Shown: positions 28,020-37,671, counted from the first letter of the stretch. The stretch is DNA of 64,000 bases from SAR202 cluster bacterium bin87 (GCA_002238825.1 MPNC01000004.1:5241-69240), one strand, 5' to 3'. The notes: generated by a model not told the origin, from the sequence alone. Made by a program: numbers and translations.

Positions 28020-28074
28020 CGTCCCGTTCCGCAAGTAGCGCAACCTGAACAGAAACGGAGCGAGCTCGAATCCT

Positions 28075-28104
28075 GGAGCCGGTCGGACATGTCCGACCGG
28101 CTCC
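28075..28104 (+). terminator. Rho-independent terminator
   Basis: GGAGCCGGTCGGAC-AT-GTCCGACCGGCTCC followed by AACCTTTTG. Confidence 0.65.
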
Positions 28105-28646
28105 AACCTTTTGCCCGGGTGTCGGGCAAAACCGGCTAAACCGGTTGTTGCCGGCCGTTTCGCGCACGCGCGCATCGTGCTACCATGCCGTCCCTTTGCG
28201 ATAGCAGGGGGCTTTTGATGGCCCCGCCGTGTGTGGCCCGGCGGGGCCTGAACAATTTCCGAGCCCTGGACCATTTCCGCCCAAACCCGATGCGCCAGCT
28301 CTGGCAAGCCCTGCGCCGGGGTCTCTACAATGAACAGCGCTTCCACTGCTCACCATTCTCCCGGGCAGTCGGGAGCCGCTGGTCAGGCGAAAGCCGAAAC
28401 CGGCAACGGGCCGAGGCGCTCAGTCCCAGCGCTTCGGCCCGCCGTGCATGTCCACAGCGCCCTGGCGCCCGGTCGGTTGCGAACTGCCGGCCCGGATGGT
28501 ATCGTGACGGTAATCTAAAACGCGGCAGGTCCCTGAAAAGCGAAAGCGCGGCGCTAACAACACCACGCTCTCGTCGGAATGGGGGATACCCCAGCTAACA
28601 CCCGGGAGGGTGTTGGCATGGTATTCCCCGGATTGTCCTATGTCAA

Positions 28647-28678
28647 GCCCCCGGCGAGGAATTTTCGCCGGGGGCTTT
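28647..28678 (+). terminator. Rho-independent terminator after a ~0.5-kb ORF-poor stretch
   Basis: GCCCCCGGCGA-loop-TCGCCGGGGGC followed by TTTGCTGTT. Confidence 0.6.
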
Positions 28679-28700
28679 GCTGTTCCGTCGGGAGGATGAC

Positions 28701-28877
28701 ATGGAGACTATCCACGATGTGGTGACTGGTGTGATGGCCGGGGGCGTGCTGGTCGGTATAGGCGCCGGATGGCGCCGGGTCCGCCGGATGTCGACCTACC
28801 ACCAGGTGGCCACCATGGGGCTGGCGCTGACGATCGCGGTACCGCCCCTGATGGCCCTGGCGTTACAGGCGCTGTAG
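28701..28877 (+). CDS. Small membrane protein (58 aa)
   Basis: SD GGGAGGA. Product METIHDVVTGVMAGGVLVGIGAGW...MGLALTIAVPPLMALALQAL. Confidence 0.5.
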   Translation: METIHDVVTGVMAGGVLVGIGAGWRRVRRMSTYHQVATMGLALTIAVPPLMALALQAL

Positions 28878-28901
28878 CGCCAGGGCCGCGCCAAGCCTTG
28901 C

Positions 28902-29549
28902 TCAGAAGTCGGCAGTCACGCCCTCCCGGTTGGGCTCGACCTCCATCCGGTCCAGGCAATCCAGGGCGCCGACGTCGCAGAAGCGGCATTCCGAGCTGCT
29001 GGGCACCCGGCTGGGCGGCGTGTCCGAGCCCAGCCGTCGAATCAGGGCCCCGAGGTCCTGAACGAACTGGCCGGACACTGCTTCCTCGGGTATCTGCACC
29101 GTGTGGTCGGGGTACACGACCTCGCCGCTCACCCGTACGTCCCGGTACTGGGGATACACGAACGGCAGGGCGTACTGGTAGATCATGACCTGCACGCGGT
29201 GCCAGGCCTGCTCCCGGCCCGACTTCACGTCAATGATGATGGCGTCCCGGTCGTCGAGCACCACGAGGTCGGGACGGCCCGCCAGCGTGGCGGTCTTGCC
29301 GCAGAGCTTGAAATCGTTCTGTCCCTCGACGTACACGAAGCTGCGGCTGTTGGCCCGTTTCTCCTTCTGTTCGTTGAGCAGCGCCGTATGGCGCATCAGC
29401 CAGTCGGCCTGGTCGAAGTCGGAGGGCTGGCGGGTCCGGTTCTTGTAGTGGGCCTTGAACCACACGCTCCACTCGCAGGAGTTCTCGCCGGTCAGCAGTT
29501 TGGGCAGCCAGGTGGTCCAGATGTAGGGTTGTTCTCGTCGTTGCAGCAT
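28902..29549 (-). CDS. Cas4-like PD-(D/E)XK nuclease with Fe-S cysteines (orphan)
   Basis: GRPDLVVLDD...IIIDVKSG...QVMIYQY gives D, DxK and QxxxY motifs. One N-terminal Cys (ENSCEW) plus a C-terminal CRFCDVGALDC. Confidence 0.7.
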   Translation of the reverse strand: MLQRREQPYIWTTWLPKLLTGENSCEWSVWFKAHYKNRTRQPSDFDQADWLMRHTALLNEQKEKRANSRSFVYVEGQNDFKLCGKTATLAGRPDLVVLDDRDAIIIDVKSGREQAWHRVQVMIYQYALPFVYPQYRDVRVSGEVVYPDHTVQIPEEAVSGQFVQDLGALIRRLGSDTPPSRVPSSSECRFCDVGALDCLDRMEVEPNREGVTADF

Positions 29550-29599
29550 GTTGTGTCTCCTTTGTCGTGACGGCCATCGTCAACTCGCTCGAGTTGACG

Positions 29600-31339
29600 A
29601 GCGGGCCGTAAGATCGTGTTACGGCCCGCCGTCGTTAAAAGGACGGTAGGCGTGGTGTCGTCGGGGCCGGGTTTTGGACGTTCCCAATCTGCGCAAACTC
29701 GGGTTTCAGGCCGAGCTCATAGATGGAGCGGATCAGAACGTACAAATTGTTGGCCAGCAGTTTGCAAAGAACGTTGTTGGCCTGGCTGGTCGGCGTTTTG
29801 CCTCTCACGCTGGCCCTGTACTTGTCCTTGATGTTCGCGAACGTCGATTCGACCTGGGACCTCTGGTGGTAGTGCTCGGCGAACAGGTCCTGATTGAGCA
29901 GGAATACCGCGAGGTGCCGGTCCCACAGTGAATTGTCGTAGTGAAACTTCGAATTTTTGCGGAACGGTATCCAGGCGTCAATGCCCAGCGTGTACAGCCA
30001 TTCCAGCGTGGGCTCGCTGAGATAGGCCGCGTCTGCCGTCAATTCGTCGACCGTAAATTGCGCTCCCCTCGTCTCGTTGAGCAATGTGGGCAACTGTGTG
30101 ATGTCGCCCACCGGCTGCACCGACGCGGTGGCCGCAGTGATGATGTGGGTCCTCACCCCGACGAGGATGTGGGTTTTGACGTAGGTGGCGCCCGTATTGC
30201 CGCGGCCGTGCTTCTCCTCTTGCCACCGACCGTACGAGGTCGTGCTGAAGCCGGAGCTGTCCGGAGCAAACGTTCGCTCGATGCTCTGGAGGGGCCGGGC
30301 CGACTCGGTTATGAGGGAGCGCAGCAGGTCGGTGGTCTCCGGCTGATTCAGAAAGCGAGTGCCGATGTTGTGTGAGAAGGGCTGGGAGATGAACCCTTCC
30401 TTCGCGAGTTCAATGACGGCAGATTTGAAACGGCGGGAGGACAGACCGGTATACTCGCGGAATATCTCCGCGAATACCATGTCCCTGACCGAGACTGGTC
30501 GGCGACCCTTCCCGTGGTGGGTTGGTTCCGGCACCAGCGCGCAGAGAGCATGGAGAAGCTGCTGAAGTTCCGGTTTCTCGTTGTTCTGCGCGAGGTTATA
30601 GCCCTCCCAGTCGCGCCGTCGCTTCTTCCGGGCGCCCTTGGCCGGGGGTGCCGCGTTCTTGCGGTCCTGCTGCGCCTGGGGCGGATGGTGGACGGCATCC
30701 GGAACAACGGGCCCGAACGTGAAGGGAGACGCATTCTTGGCCTTGCCGTCTCGCTCCAGCACTGCTTGCAGCGCGACAACATGTTTGCATACCCGCATCG
30801 GGTCCGGGCAGTTGCAATGGGGACCGTTCTCATCGACCGTGAGCTGGTAGTACACGCCGCTGCGCGACTGGGACTGGATTGACCAGCCGGTGGATGTTTT
30901 GACGATCGGTGTGGAAGCCGCGATGCGCTCGCCGCGGAGGAGTCGGCCTCCGTCGACCTTGCCATTCCCGGCCACATGGGTGGAAATCAACTCGGCATTG
31001 CTCATTTTCTCATCTCCTGCAACGCGTTCCCAACTCGTGCGGCCCGGGGCACGGTCCTGAGCTTCCGGCGGTTGCGCGGTTGGCGTCAGACCGTTCGGCC
31101 CGTCGGCACGATTGGGTGGTGGTCCGGAGAGTTGGCGCGAACAGTGCCCGCCCGCCGCATCGGACGGCGATGGGCTCTGCCGGTTGATTGCAGACTGTGA
31201 GTAGTCTAAACTGCTGTAGGGCCACTGGGGACACGAACTCTCCGGTGGACTAAGCGTCGCCGAGCGTTCGCACCGCTCGGCTGCGCTGTTGTTAGAACTA
31301 CTGTACCATTCGTCGTGTAAAACGGCAACGACGACGTCG
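29600..31339 (-). mobile_element. Insertion sequence (ends not resolved)
   Basis: Bounded only by the neighbouring genes. No clear terminal inverted repeats seen by eye. Confidence 0.45.
29635..31005 (-). CDS. DDE transposase (IS4/IS5-superfamily-like) with N-terminal SWIM zinc finger
   Basis: Start moved to MSNAELIS (SD GGAGA). SWIM motif CNCPDPMRVCKHVVAL. DDE residues in APDSSGF, LTADAAY and RSQVESTFANIK. Confidence 0.8.
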   Translation of the reverse strand: MSNAELISTHVAGNGKVDGGRLLRGERIAASTPIVKTSTGWSIQSQSRSGVYYQLTVDENGPHCNCPDPMRVCKHVVALQAVLERDGKAKNASPFTFGPVVPDAVHHPPQAQQDRKNAAPPAKGARKKRRRDWEGYNLAQNNEKPELQQLLHALCALVPEPTHHGKGRRPVSVRDMVFAEIFREYTGLSSRRFKSAVIELAKEGFISQPFSHNIGTRFLNQPETTDLLRSLITESARPLQSIERTFAPDSSGFSTTSYGRWQEEKHGRGNTGATYVKTHILVGVRTHIITAATASVQPVGDITQLPTLLNETRGAQFTVDELTADAAYLSEPTLEWLYTLGIDAWIPFRKNSKFHYDNSLWDRHLAVFLLNQDLFAEHYHQRSQVESTFANIKDKYRASVRGKTPTSQANNVLCKLLANNLYVLIRSIYELGLKPEFAQIGNVQNPAPTTPRLPSF

Positions 31340-31840
31340 CTAATGCCCCTCGGTCTCGCTGTCGTCCACATCCTGGTCGCGCAGACATCGGTAAACCCCC
31401 TGAGAAATCAGTTCCCAGTCGTGGGGATTTTCCCGTACCCACCGGTTGATGTCGGACCGCACCGTGTCGCGCGTGGCGCCGGCGGGCCACCACTGCTGTA
31501 TGACGTACGTCGCCACGTCCACGTCCAGCCGGCCTCCGGTCGCGACGGCAATCCGGTGCAGCCGGTCGCCCATGTTTCGGCATCCGTCCAGGTTCACCCG
31601 GGGAACGGCGCCTCCGGCCCAGTCGGCGGGTGGAGCCGGGGGCGCGCCCAGACTCCGCTCCATGGCGTCGGACATGTCCTCCCACACGCTGGAGATGGCC
31701 AACCGCAGGGACCGGCATCTGGCTTCCATCCGTTTGTAGATGGACCAGGTGGCGTCGCGCTTCTGTTCCATGTCTGCGAGCGTGCGCTGCATGGCGCCGA
31801 TGGTCGAGTTGGACCGTTGTATCTCCTGGTGGACAGTCAT
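31340..31840 (-). CDS. Coiled-coil + winged-helix-like protein (paralogue 1 of 3)
   Basis: N-terminal heptad-like region, then ...GDRLHRIAVATGGRLDVDVATYVI...WELISQGVYRCL. Same layout as 31888-32334 and 43617-44165. Confidence 0.6.
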   Translation of the reverse strand: MTVHQEIQRSNSTIGAMQRTLADMEQKRDATWSIYKRMEARCRSLRLAISSVWEDMSDAMERSLGAPPAPPADWAGGAVPRVNLDGCRNMGDRLHRIAVATGGRLDVDVATYVIQQWWPAGATRDTVRSDINRWVRENPHDWELISQGVYRCLRDQDVDDSETEGH

Positions 31841-31887
31841 GGCATCCTCAATTTATGACGTGCGTCGTTCGGTCCGAAGCGAGTCGC

Positions 31888-32334
31888 TCACTCGACGTGA
31901 ACGAACGTGCCCGGCTCGACGTGCTCCCATTTTTCGCTCTTCGACATCGCCCTGGAGATGGTCGCGCACAGCGAGCTGTGCTTGGCATCGCTGAGACCCC
32001 GCGTCTTGATCTCACGGGCCACGTCGGCGACGTGGACGCGCCCCGCCGTCAGTAGTGCCAGACTGCGGGCTACGTCCAGGTACATGGGGGTCATGCGACT
32101 GCTGCGTACTCTTGGATAGATTCGACCCACGTCGTGGACCGACAGCAGCGGTCCGCCGTCAAGGCCTGCCTCAAGGTCCTCGATATCTCGAACCACCGTG
32201 TCGGCCGGCTGGTCCAAGACGCGCAGGGCATCCCGCAGAATGCGCTTCTGCTCCCTGACGGCCTCGAGCCGGTTCAGCAGCCGCTTTTCGACCTGTTCGT
32301 ATTCGTCGATTTTTTCATGAATCGCGCAGGCCAT
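31888..32334 (-). CDS. Coiled-coil + winged-helix-like protein (paralogue 2 of 3)
   Basis: Start moved to MACAIHEKIDEY (SD GAAGAGGA). C-terminus ...LDVARSLALLTAGRVHVADVAREI...WEHVEPGTFVHV. Confidence 0.6.
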   Translation of the reverse strand: MACAIHEKIDEYEQVEKRLLNRLEAVREQKRILRDALRVLDQPADTVVRDIEDLEAGLDGGPLLSVHDVGRIYPRVRSSRMTPMYLDVARSLALLTAGRVHVADVAREIKTRGLSDAKHSSLCATISRAMSKSEKWEHVEPGTFVHVE

Positions 32335-32718
32335 GGCTTCCTCTTCGCTATGTGGCGACGCCTCTTGCATAAAACTCTGGTCTTGGTATAATGACAACAC
32401 GAAGGCGCAGGAGTTTCGTCCTGCGGTTTTGTTGGGGAGAAACCATCCAATCGGACAGCGCACTCCCCTCTCTCTTTTAGCGGCGGTCTGCCTGTCAAAA
32501 CATGACCGCCGCTTTTATTATGACGGCGCGTCGACGCCCTGTCAAACGCGGCGGCACACTCAAAACCCACGGTTTCGCAACATCGGTCATACAGTGCGAC
32601 TCCGAGTCGTGTTTCGGCCGCCCCGTCAGCCGAACGGTCGAAAATCCATCAAAACCGCTGGGGCTGGCGCTTGCCATAGCGCCAGCCCCCGTGAATGCCC
32701 GGCGTCCCGGGGCAGCCG

Positions 32719-32928
32719 CTACGTGGCGGATAGCACCCAGGCCACCACGCCCACCAGAACTGCCCACGTGAGGCCCATCAGGCTGACGCTGCAACCGAAA
32801 CCGGTCGCATACCGGTCCTGGCGGGACAGGTCGCCGCGGTCCATCTTCCGCCAGAACCGGTACGCCAGCCAGCCCAGTCCCGCAATCGTCAATGCCGCCA
32901 CCGGCGCCGCAATGAAGATGCTCAACAT
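32719..32928 (-). CDS. Small two-TM membrane protein
   Basis: 69 aa with AGGAG upstream. Confidence 0.5.
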   Translation of the reverse strand: MLSIFIAAPVAALTIAGLGWLAYRFWRKMDRGDLSRQDRYATGFGCSVSLMGLTWAVLVGVVAWVLSAT

Positions 32929-33068
32929 GGTTCACCAATCTCCTGTTCCCGGATTGAGGTCCGGCTGATAAAATCGGCCAACCAGGTCAACGAAACAGCC
33001 TGGCGGTCGCACGCCGGGTTTGGTCATCGGCCACCTGCGGGGTCGGCCCTCCCTTAATCGGAGGTCCC

Positions 33069-33323
33069 TCAGCCAGTCTGTCCGCCGTCCGGCGCGTCCT
33101 CCCTGAGGATCACGTGCTGTGCGAGGTTCATGCCCCTGCGCACTTCGGTGGCGTAGTTGGCGGGCAGGCCGGCCTGCTCAACGAATCGGGCACTGAGGCG
33201 CCCTTCGAGCTCGGCAGAGTATCTGATTCCGAACAGCAGACAGGCCGTGACCTTGGTTTTGCGCTCAGCGCCGTGATAGGTCCGGCTCAGCATGGCGACA
33301 AGCTCTGCCCTGGTTAAATCCAT
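33069..33323 (-). CDS. Hypothetical small protein
   Basis: 84-aa ORF; no family recognised. Confidence 0.45.
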   Translation of the reverse strand: MDLTRAELVAMLSRTYHGAERKTKVTACLLFGIRYSAELEGRLSARFVEQAGLPANYATEVRRGMNLAQHVILREDAPDGGQTG

Positions 33324-33440
33324 GGCCGGATTATATTGACGCCCAATTGGGCCGGCAAGGCGGCGCTCGCTCCAGCCAATTGCGAAACTGCTTGGTCACT
33401 GTGGCCATTCGGGCCGGCGACCTCACAAAGGACGAACAGC

Positions 33441-33842
33441 ATGATGGAATCCGCTTTCAGAAATCATCTTCGCAGCCAGCTTAGGTGGGATGGCCGGCGC
33501 CGGTTCCAGGAAAGTACAATCCAAAATCGGATCAGCAACTGCAAAAACGTCGAGCGGCACGAAGGTGACCTGGACCATCATTTCGACGTCGACCGGTGCC
33601 ACAACCTGCTCCACCGGCTGACCTACTCCGCTGCGGACCTGGACATGAAAAGAGAGCCCAACCATAACGTCCCCATCGATGGCGACATCAGAAACGGTTC
33701 CGCAACTCTGAAATCGGCTGTAAAACTCTACGCTGAATTTCGGCAACGCCGATTTCCAAAAGCCCTCCTCAATGACCAGATGCCCGATACGCTGGTGCGG
33801 AATTGCTCGACAGGACCACCAGTGACACCGGGCGCCTGGTAA
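33441..33842 (+). CDS. Hypothetical protein
   Basis: Start at MMESAF (AAAGGA upstream). Divergent from 33069-33323. Confidence 0.45.
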   Translation: MMESAFRNHLRSQLRWDGRRRFQESTIQNRISNCKNVERHEGDLDHHFDVDRCHNLLHRLTYSAADLDMKREPNHNVPIDGDIRNGSATLKSAVKLYAEFRQRRFPKALLNDQMPDTLVRNCSTGPPVTPGAW

Positions 33843-34057
33843 CTTATTTACGCGGCGGTTTGGCGTATTGGCAGAGCCGTCGCGATTGCATGGTACAGGG
33901 CAACCTGTTACCGTCCGATCACTGCGTCCGGGTTCTGCGTCATTCTGCGCTCCCAACATACGTGCTCAAGCAGCGGCGTTTGTACCGCCTCTGCGGTGCT
34001 TGTGCCGGGTCCGACGACCGTAGCAAAACGTTACCCGCGGTCTCAGGGAGGTTTCAA

Positions 34058-34489
34058 GTGCGTTTGTGGGTACCGATTGTTATCGCGATATTGGCGGTCG
34101 CAACCTGCCAAGACAGTTCCGTGAGCGCACTGGAATGGAGAGAAAGAGTGCATCGTGAGGATACATTCGGTTTCCCTCATCCGTCAGTATGCTACAGTTT
34201 GAGCCATGACGCTCCAGTAGCTGGCGATAATCAAGAGTTGTACATACAGCAAGTAAACACCTGGGTTGCCAGTCATGGCTTTAGTAGTTTGCATGGGGCT
34301 TATTGTATGACATTGATTACCGTAGCGTTTGCTGAATGGTCCGGTGATGTCGATAAATTTGCTTTTCATTGCGGAAATGCTGTCAAGGCAGTAGAGAAGT
34401 ATGGTTCTGATGAGGACATGCATGGATATTTTACTGCCATGACGCTTGGACCGCTTGACCATTGCGTTGCCGCAAAATATTTTGATTAG
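34058..34489 (+). CDS. Lipoprotein (hypothetical), in a low-GC patch
   Basis: GTG start after GGAGG; lipobox AVATC. Local GC is clearly below the window average. Confidence 0.5.
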   Translation: MRLWVPIVIAILAVATCQDSSVSALEWRERVHREDTFGFPHPSVCYSLSHDAPVAGDNQELYIQQVNTWVASHGFSSLHGAYCMTLITVAFAEWSGDVDKFAFHCGNAVKAVEKYGSDEDMHGYFTAMTLGPLDHCVAAKYFD

Positions 34490-34594
34490 CAAAAATGCGT
34501 TGACCGGCCGGGAGCGCTACGGGAGAACGGGGGCCAACCGCAACCGCACCGTGGGCGATTCTCCACTCGGGAATCGGTTGGTCCCGTCAGCGCT

Positions 34595-34936
34595 TCACGG
34601 GCGGCGCACCAGGAACCGGCTGCGACGGCAGATGGCGCACAGGGCCCAGGTTATGGCCGCGGTGGGTACGGGAACCAGCAGGTAGGGGACCAGGGACTTC
34701 TGTGATGGTTCCAGCGAGACCGTGGCGAAGTACCAAATCGCCATGAGCATCACGCCGGAAGTGCCGCCCAAGAAGCTGACCAGTAACCAGGCCAAAACGG
34801 TTAGGCGTTTCCAGAAGAAGCAGATAGCGGCGGTCAGGATCGCTGGCCCGAACGTCAACGGCAGGATGACGGTCCAGCCGGCGAACAGCAGCAGAAAGGC
34901 CGGAGCCAGCACTGGAATGGAGTCTTCGCCCAGCAT
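34595..34936 (-). CDS. Membrane protein
   Basis: Start at MLGEDSIPVL (SD GAGAGGA); 4 hydrophobic segments. Confidence 0.55.
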   Translation of the reverse strand: MLGEDSIPVLAPAFLLLFAGWTVILPLTFGPAILTAAICFFWKRLTVLAWLLVSFLGGTSGVMLMAIWYFATVSLEPSQKSLVPYLLVPVPTAAITWALCAICRRSRFLVRRP

Positions 34937-35314
34937 GGATTCCTCTCGATATTCCAGATGGTTGAGGCGAACCGAGGCTCGATTGGGTGACGACATTCGT
35001 TGCCGTGACGCGGACCGTTGATGCTGCCATCAACGCATCCCCCCGCCTCTGCGTCCATTATAGGGCCCAGAGCCCCGTACGCCAGAGCTCCGTTCAGACC
35101 AGAACGGCCGGTTCGCCTCGCTGTGGGACATGACGGGTGGATGCCTGGACCTCCCTAACTCCAAACTATTTTGATTTGGAGCCGCAGCGCCGGCTCGCAT
35201 CACGTCCGGGCGGACTTCTTCTCATGCGGCAAGCAGCTGAAGGGGGCAGGGTTCTTTGACCCTGCCCCTGATGATCTGATCGACGGCGTTCCTGTTGCGA
35301 ATATATGCGCAATG

Positions 35315-35344
35315 TTGATAAATCAAATCTTATATGCCTATATT
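35315..35344 (+). promoter_or_regulatory. Sigma70-like promoter candidate
   Basis: TTGATA, 18-nt spacer, TATATT, in an AT-rich patch. Confidence 0.3.
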
Positions 35345-35519
35345 GTACCCAGCCCGATGCAAAGAAGGTGTTCTGAAGCCAACCAGTCCATAGCACGCGG
35401 TAGGAGGGATCTTCAAGGTCACCTGCCGAGGCGACAGCCTGCCACCTTGGCCGGCAAAGTTGAGGTGCGAGCTGGAGCATGAATACCTCGGGTATGAGTA
35501 AGGGCAACCAGAGGGTCCC

Positions 35520-35630
35520 ATGGAAATCCTGTTATTGTTCGGCGTTTCCGCGTTCTGCCTTGGCCTGGGGGCTGCATTGGGCATTGGCGTCTGTCGCCTG
35601 ATATGGAAATGCCGGCGTCGGATCCGGTGA
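35520..35630 (+). CDS. 36-aa hydrophobic peptide with basic tail (below ORF-track cutoff)
   Basis: Product MEILLLFGVSAFCLGLGAALGIGVCRLIWKCRRRIR. AGAGGG upstream; a stem-loop follows at 35640-35663. Confidence 0.35.
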   Translation: MEILLLFGVSAFCLGLGAALGIGVCRLIWKCRRRIR

Positions 35631-35746
35631 CACACCCAAACGGGCGGGATTTGCCTGCCCGTTCTTACGAGGGCCCGAGCTGATGCTCGGGATCCAATTT
35701 ACAGACGATGGTGTATCAAACCCCAAACCTGTGTTGAGCATTTCCG

Positions 35747-36559
35747 ATGAACGCAACGACCCAACCCGCCGGCGCCATATGGCCCGCCGCTCCGACACTT
35801 TTCGTCGAGGCTTTCGGACATCTCCGGACTCCGTTCGATACCAGCAGACTGATTGACGCCGAAGATGAAGACCTGTACAGCGTTTTCCGCACACGCTCCG
35901 AGCTGATGAGCTGGTACGGCGCGGACCGGACGACCCGGCGCCCCCTGGCCTGGGGTATGCACGAGGCGGAGATCACGGCCAACGCGGACAACTCGGGGCC
36001 CGACGCGACGCGCGTCGCCTATGTTCAGGTTGGAATGGCGTCGTCCCATCCCGCCGATGTCGCGCTCCGGCTGCCCGCGCTCATCCAGTGCTTCCACGAC
36101 GCTGTGGACCGATTTGGCGATATCGAGCTCTCGGCCATCCAGGTAACGGTGGATTCGATTGCCCCCAGCCCCTCCAGTTGCTTGAGCGATCTGATCAGCC
36201 CCACAAACTGGTTCAACACCGTCACCAAGGGCCAGATTGATGCGATCATCACCTTCGACCAGGGATCCCTCGGGGATGCCGAAACCCGGCGCTTCGCCAG
36301 ACTGCAAAGGGGAGTGAACGCACCATTCGCTTTCGGGCCACTGGCCAAGGCTCCCGCTGAGCATTGTATCGCCGAGTCCGACGAGATGTTCAATTCCTTT
36401 AGGGATTCCCTCCAACCCGCCGACGTAGGGCTACCGGTTACCCTGTCCGAATGGACACCCAGTGCCATCGGCTGGGTTCTGGCCGTCGTCGTCGATTGCA
36501 TTTGCACCCACGCAGTGGACAGCCAAGAAATCATCATCCGGATTACGCGCATCGACTGA
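35747..36559 (+). CDS. Hypothetical protein
   Basis: 270-aa ORF with normal composition; no motif recognised. Confidence 0.55.
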   Translation: MNATTQPAGAIWPAAPTLFVEAFGHLRTPFDTSRLIDAEDEDLYSVFRTRSELMSWYGADRTTRRPLAWGMHEAEITANADNSGPDATRVAYVQVGMASSHPADVALRLPALIQCFHDAVDRFGDIELSAIQVTVDSIAPSPSSCLSDLISPTNWFNTVTKGQIDAIITFDQGSLGDAETRRFARLQRGVNAPFAFGPLAKAPAEHCIAESDEMFNSFRDSLQPADVGLPVTLSEWTPSAIGWVLAVVVDCICTHAVDSQEIIIRITRID

Positions 36560-36631
36560 CCTCGAACATTGGCGCCGCGGCTGCAATCGCCGCTGACCGG
36601 GGTCGTCCCTCCGACTGCGGTGGCAGCTCCG

Positions 36632-36931
36632 CTAGGGCTCCGGCGCGCCGTCTCCCATTAGGGAAAACACATCCCCCGTGACCAAACTATAGGTGGTAAA
36701 GCCGATCGCAAGAAGGACCGCCAACGCAAGGACTCCAAACGTGACCTGCTCGGTTGTCGAGCGTCGCGCCGATGTCCCGCCAGAGCGGACCTTGTCCCGT
36801 TGTTCTTTGACCAGCAGAGCGCATATCCACAAAAACCCCACCACCATGACGACTACCAACCAGAGCACGCTCAGGAAAATCAGGACGGCCCCGCAGCCCA
36901 AACCAGCGCTGGACGTTGATATTTTGTTCAT
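36632..36931 (-). CDS. Membrane protein
   Basis: SD GGAGGG; 2-3 TM segments. Confidence 0.6.
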   Translation of the reverse strand: MNKISTSSAGLGCGAVLIFLSVLWLVVVMVVGFLWICALLVKEQRDKVRSGGTSARRSTTEQVTFGVLALAVLLAIGFTTYSLVTGDVFSLMGDGAPEP

Positions 36932-37059
36932 GCGAGACCCTCCGGGGGGACCTGATTGAGCGCGTAATCGTCGGTACGGGGTTTATCCGCGCAGCGACCA
37001 GTCGCCGCATGCGCGAGTGGTTCATTGGCGCGGGACGGTCCACGGCGTTTCACAGTGGG

Positions 37060-37245
37060 TCACTGGGCGTCCCAATCGGTGGAAGTCGGGAGCGTGGGGT
37101 ATGACTGAGGCGGTGGTGCCAATCTGTGTTCGTGTTCTTCAATCGCCAACGCATAAGAGGCTGCCATCCAGCAAAAGACACCAAAGATGATGACCCAGGG
37201 AAGAACCCAGACCGTGATGACCGTGATGGTATGCTTCCGCATCAT
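37060..37245 (-). CDS. Small membrane protein
   Basis: SD AAGGAG; TM segment ITVITVWVLPWVIIFGVFCWMAA. Confidence 0.6.
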   Translation of the reverse strand: MMRKHTITVITVWVLPWVIIFGVFCWMAASYALAIEEHEHRLAPPPQSYPTLPTSTDWDAQ

Positions 37246-37278
37246 TCAGCTCCTTACCGCGCCCTGGAGGATTAGACC

Positions 37279-37653
37279 ATGTTTTCCGCGTTGATGAGCA
37301 GCACCCTCAGTCCCGATTTCACTGACTACCTTGGGCTACTTATCATGTTTGCAGTGCTGAGCCCACTCTGCCTTCTGCTGGGCCTGCTGCTGGGCCTGAT
37401 TGTTGGTTGGGTATGCCATCACTTCATGGATGTGCCGCTGGGCCGGGCCATGGGGGCGGGAACTCTATCGGGTGCGGCATACGGTTTGTTTGCGTTCATG
37501 TTTCTGGTCAGTTTGGATGAAATCTCGTTCACAACTTTCTTCGTGGGCATTCCGGTGGTCAGCATCCTGGCCGCGGGATTCGCCTGCTGGATGCTGGACC
37601 GGGACGACGAATACACGAGCAACACAGAAGTGGCGGCGACTGGCGGTCATTAG
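37279..37653 (+). CDS. Membrane protein
   Basis: SD GGAGGA; 4 TM segments. Confidence 0.6.
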   Translation: MFSALMSSTLSPDFTDYLGLLIMFAVLSPLCLLLGLLLGLIVGWVCHHFMDVPLGRAMGAGTLSGAAYGLFAFMFLVSLDEISFTTFFVGIPVVSILAAGFACWMLDRDDEYTSNTEVAATGGH

Positions 37654-37671
37654 CCCGGCGTTCCGCCCTGC

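Noticed and set aside
28109-28131. Palindrome TTTTGCCCGGGTGTCGGGCAAAA as another array-motif site
   Set aside because: Here the A/T run lies on the opposite side of the GGGCA core compared with the array units. It directly follows a terminator and is more simply a second hairpin.
29577-29630. Palindromes CGTCAACTCG/CGAGTTGACG and GCGGGCCGTAA...TTACGGCCCGC as IS terminal repeats
   Set aside because: Both are self-complementary local hairpins. No convincing partner sequence was found at the other side of the transposase gene (31006-31339).
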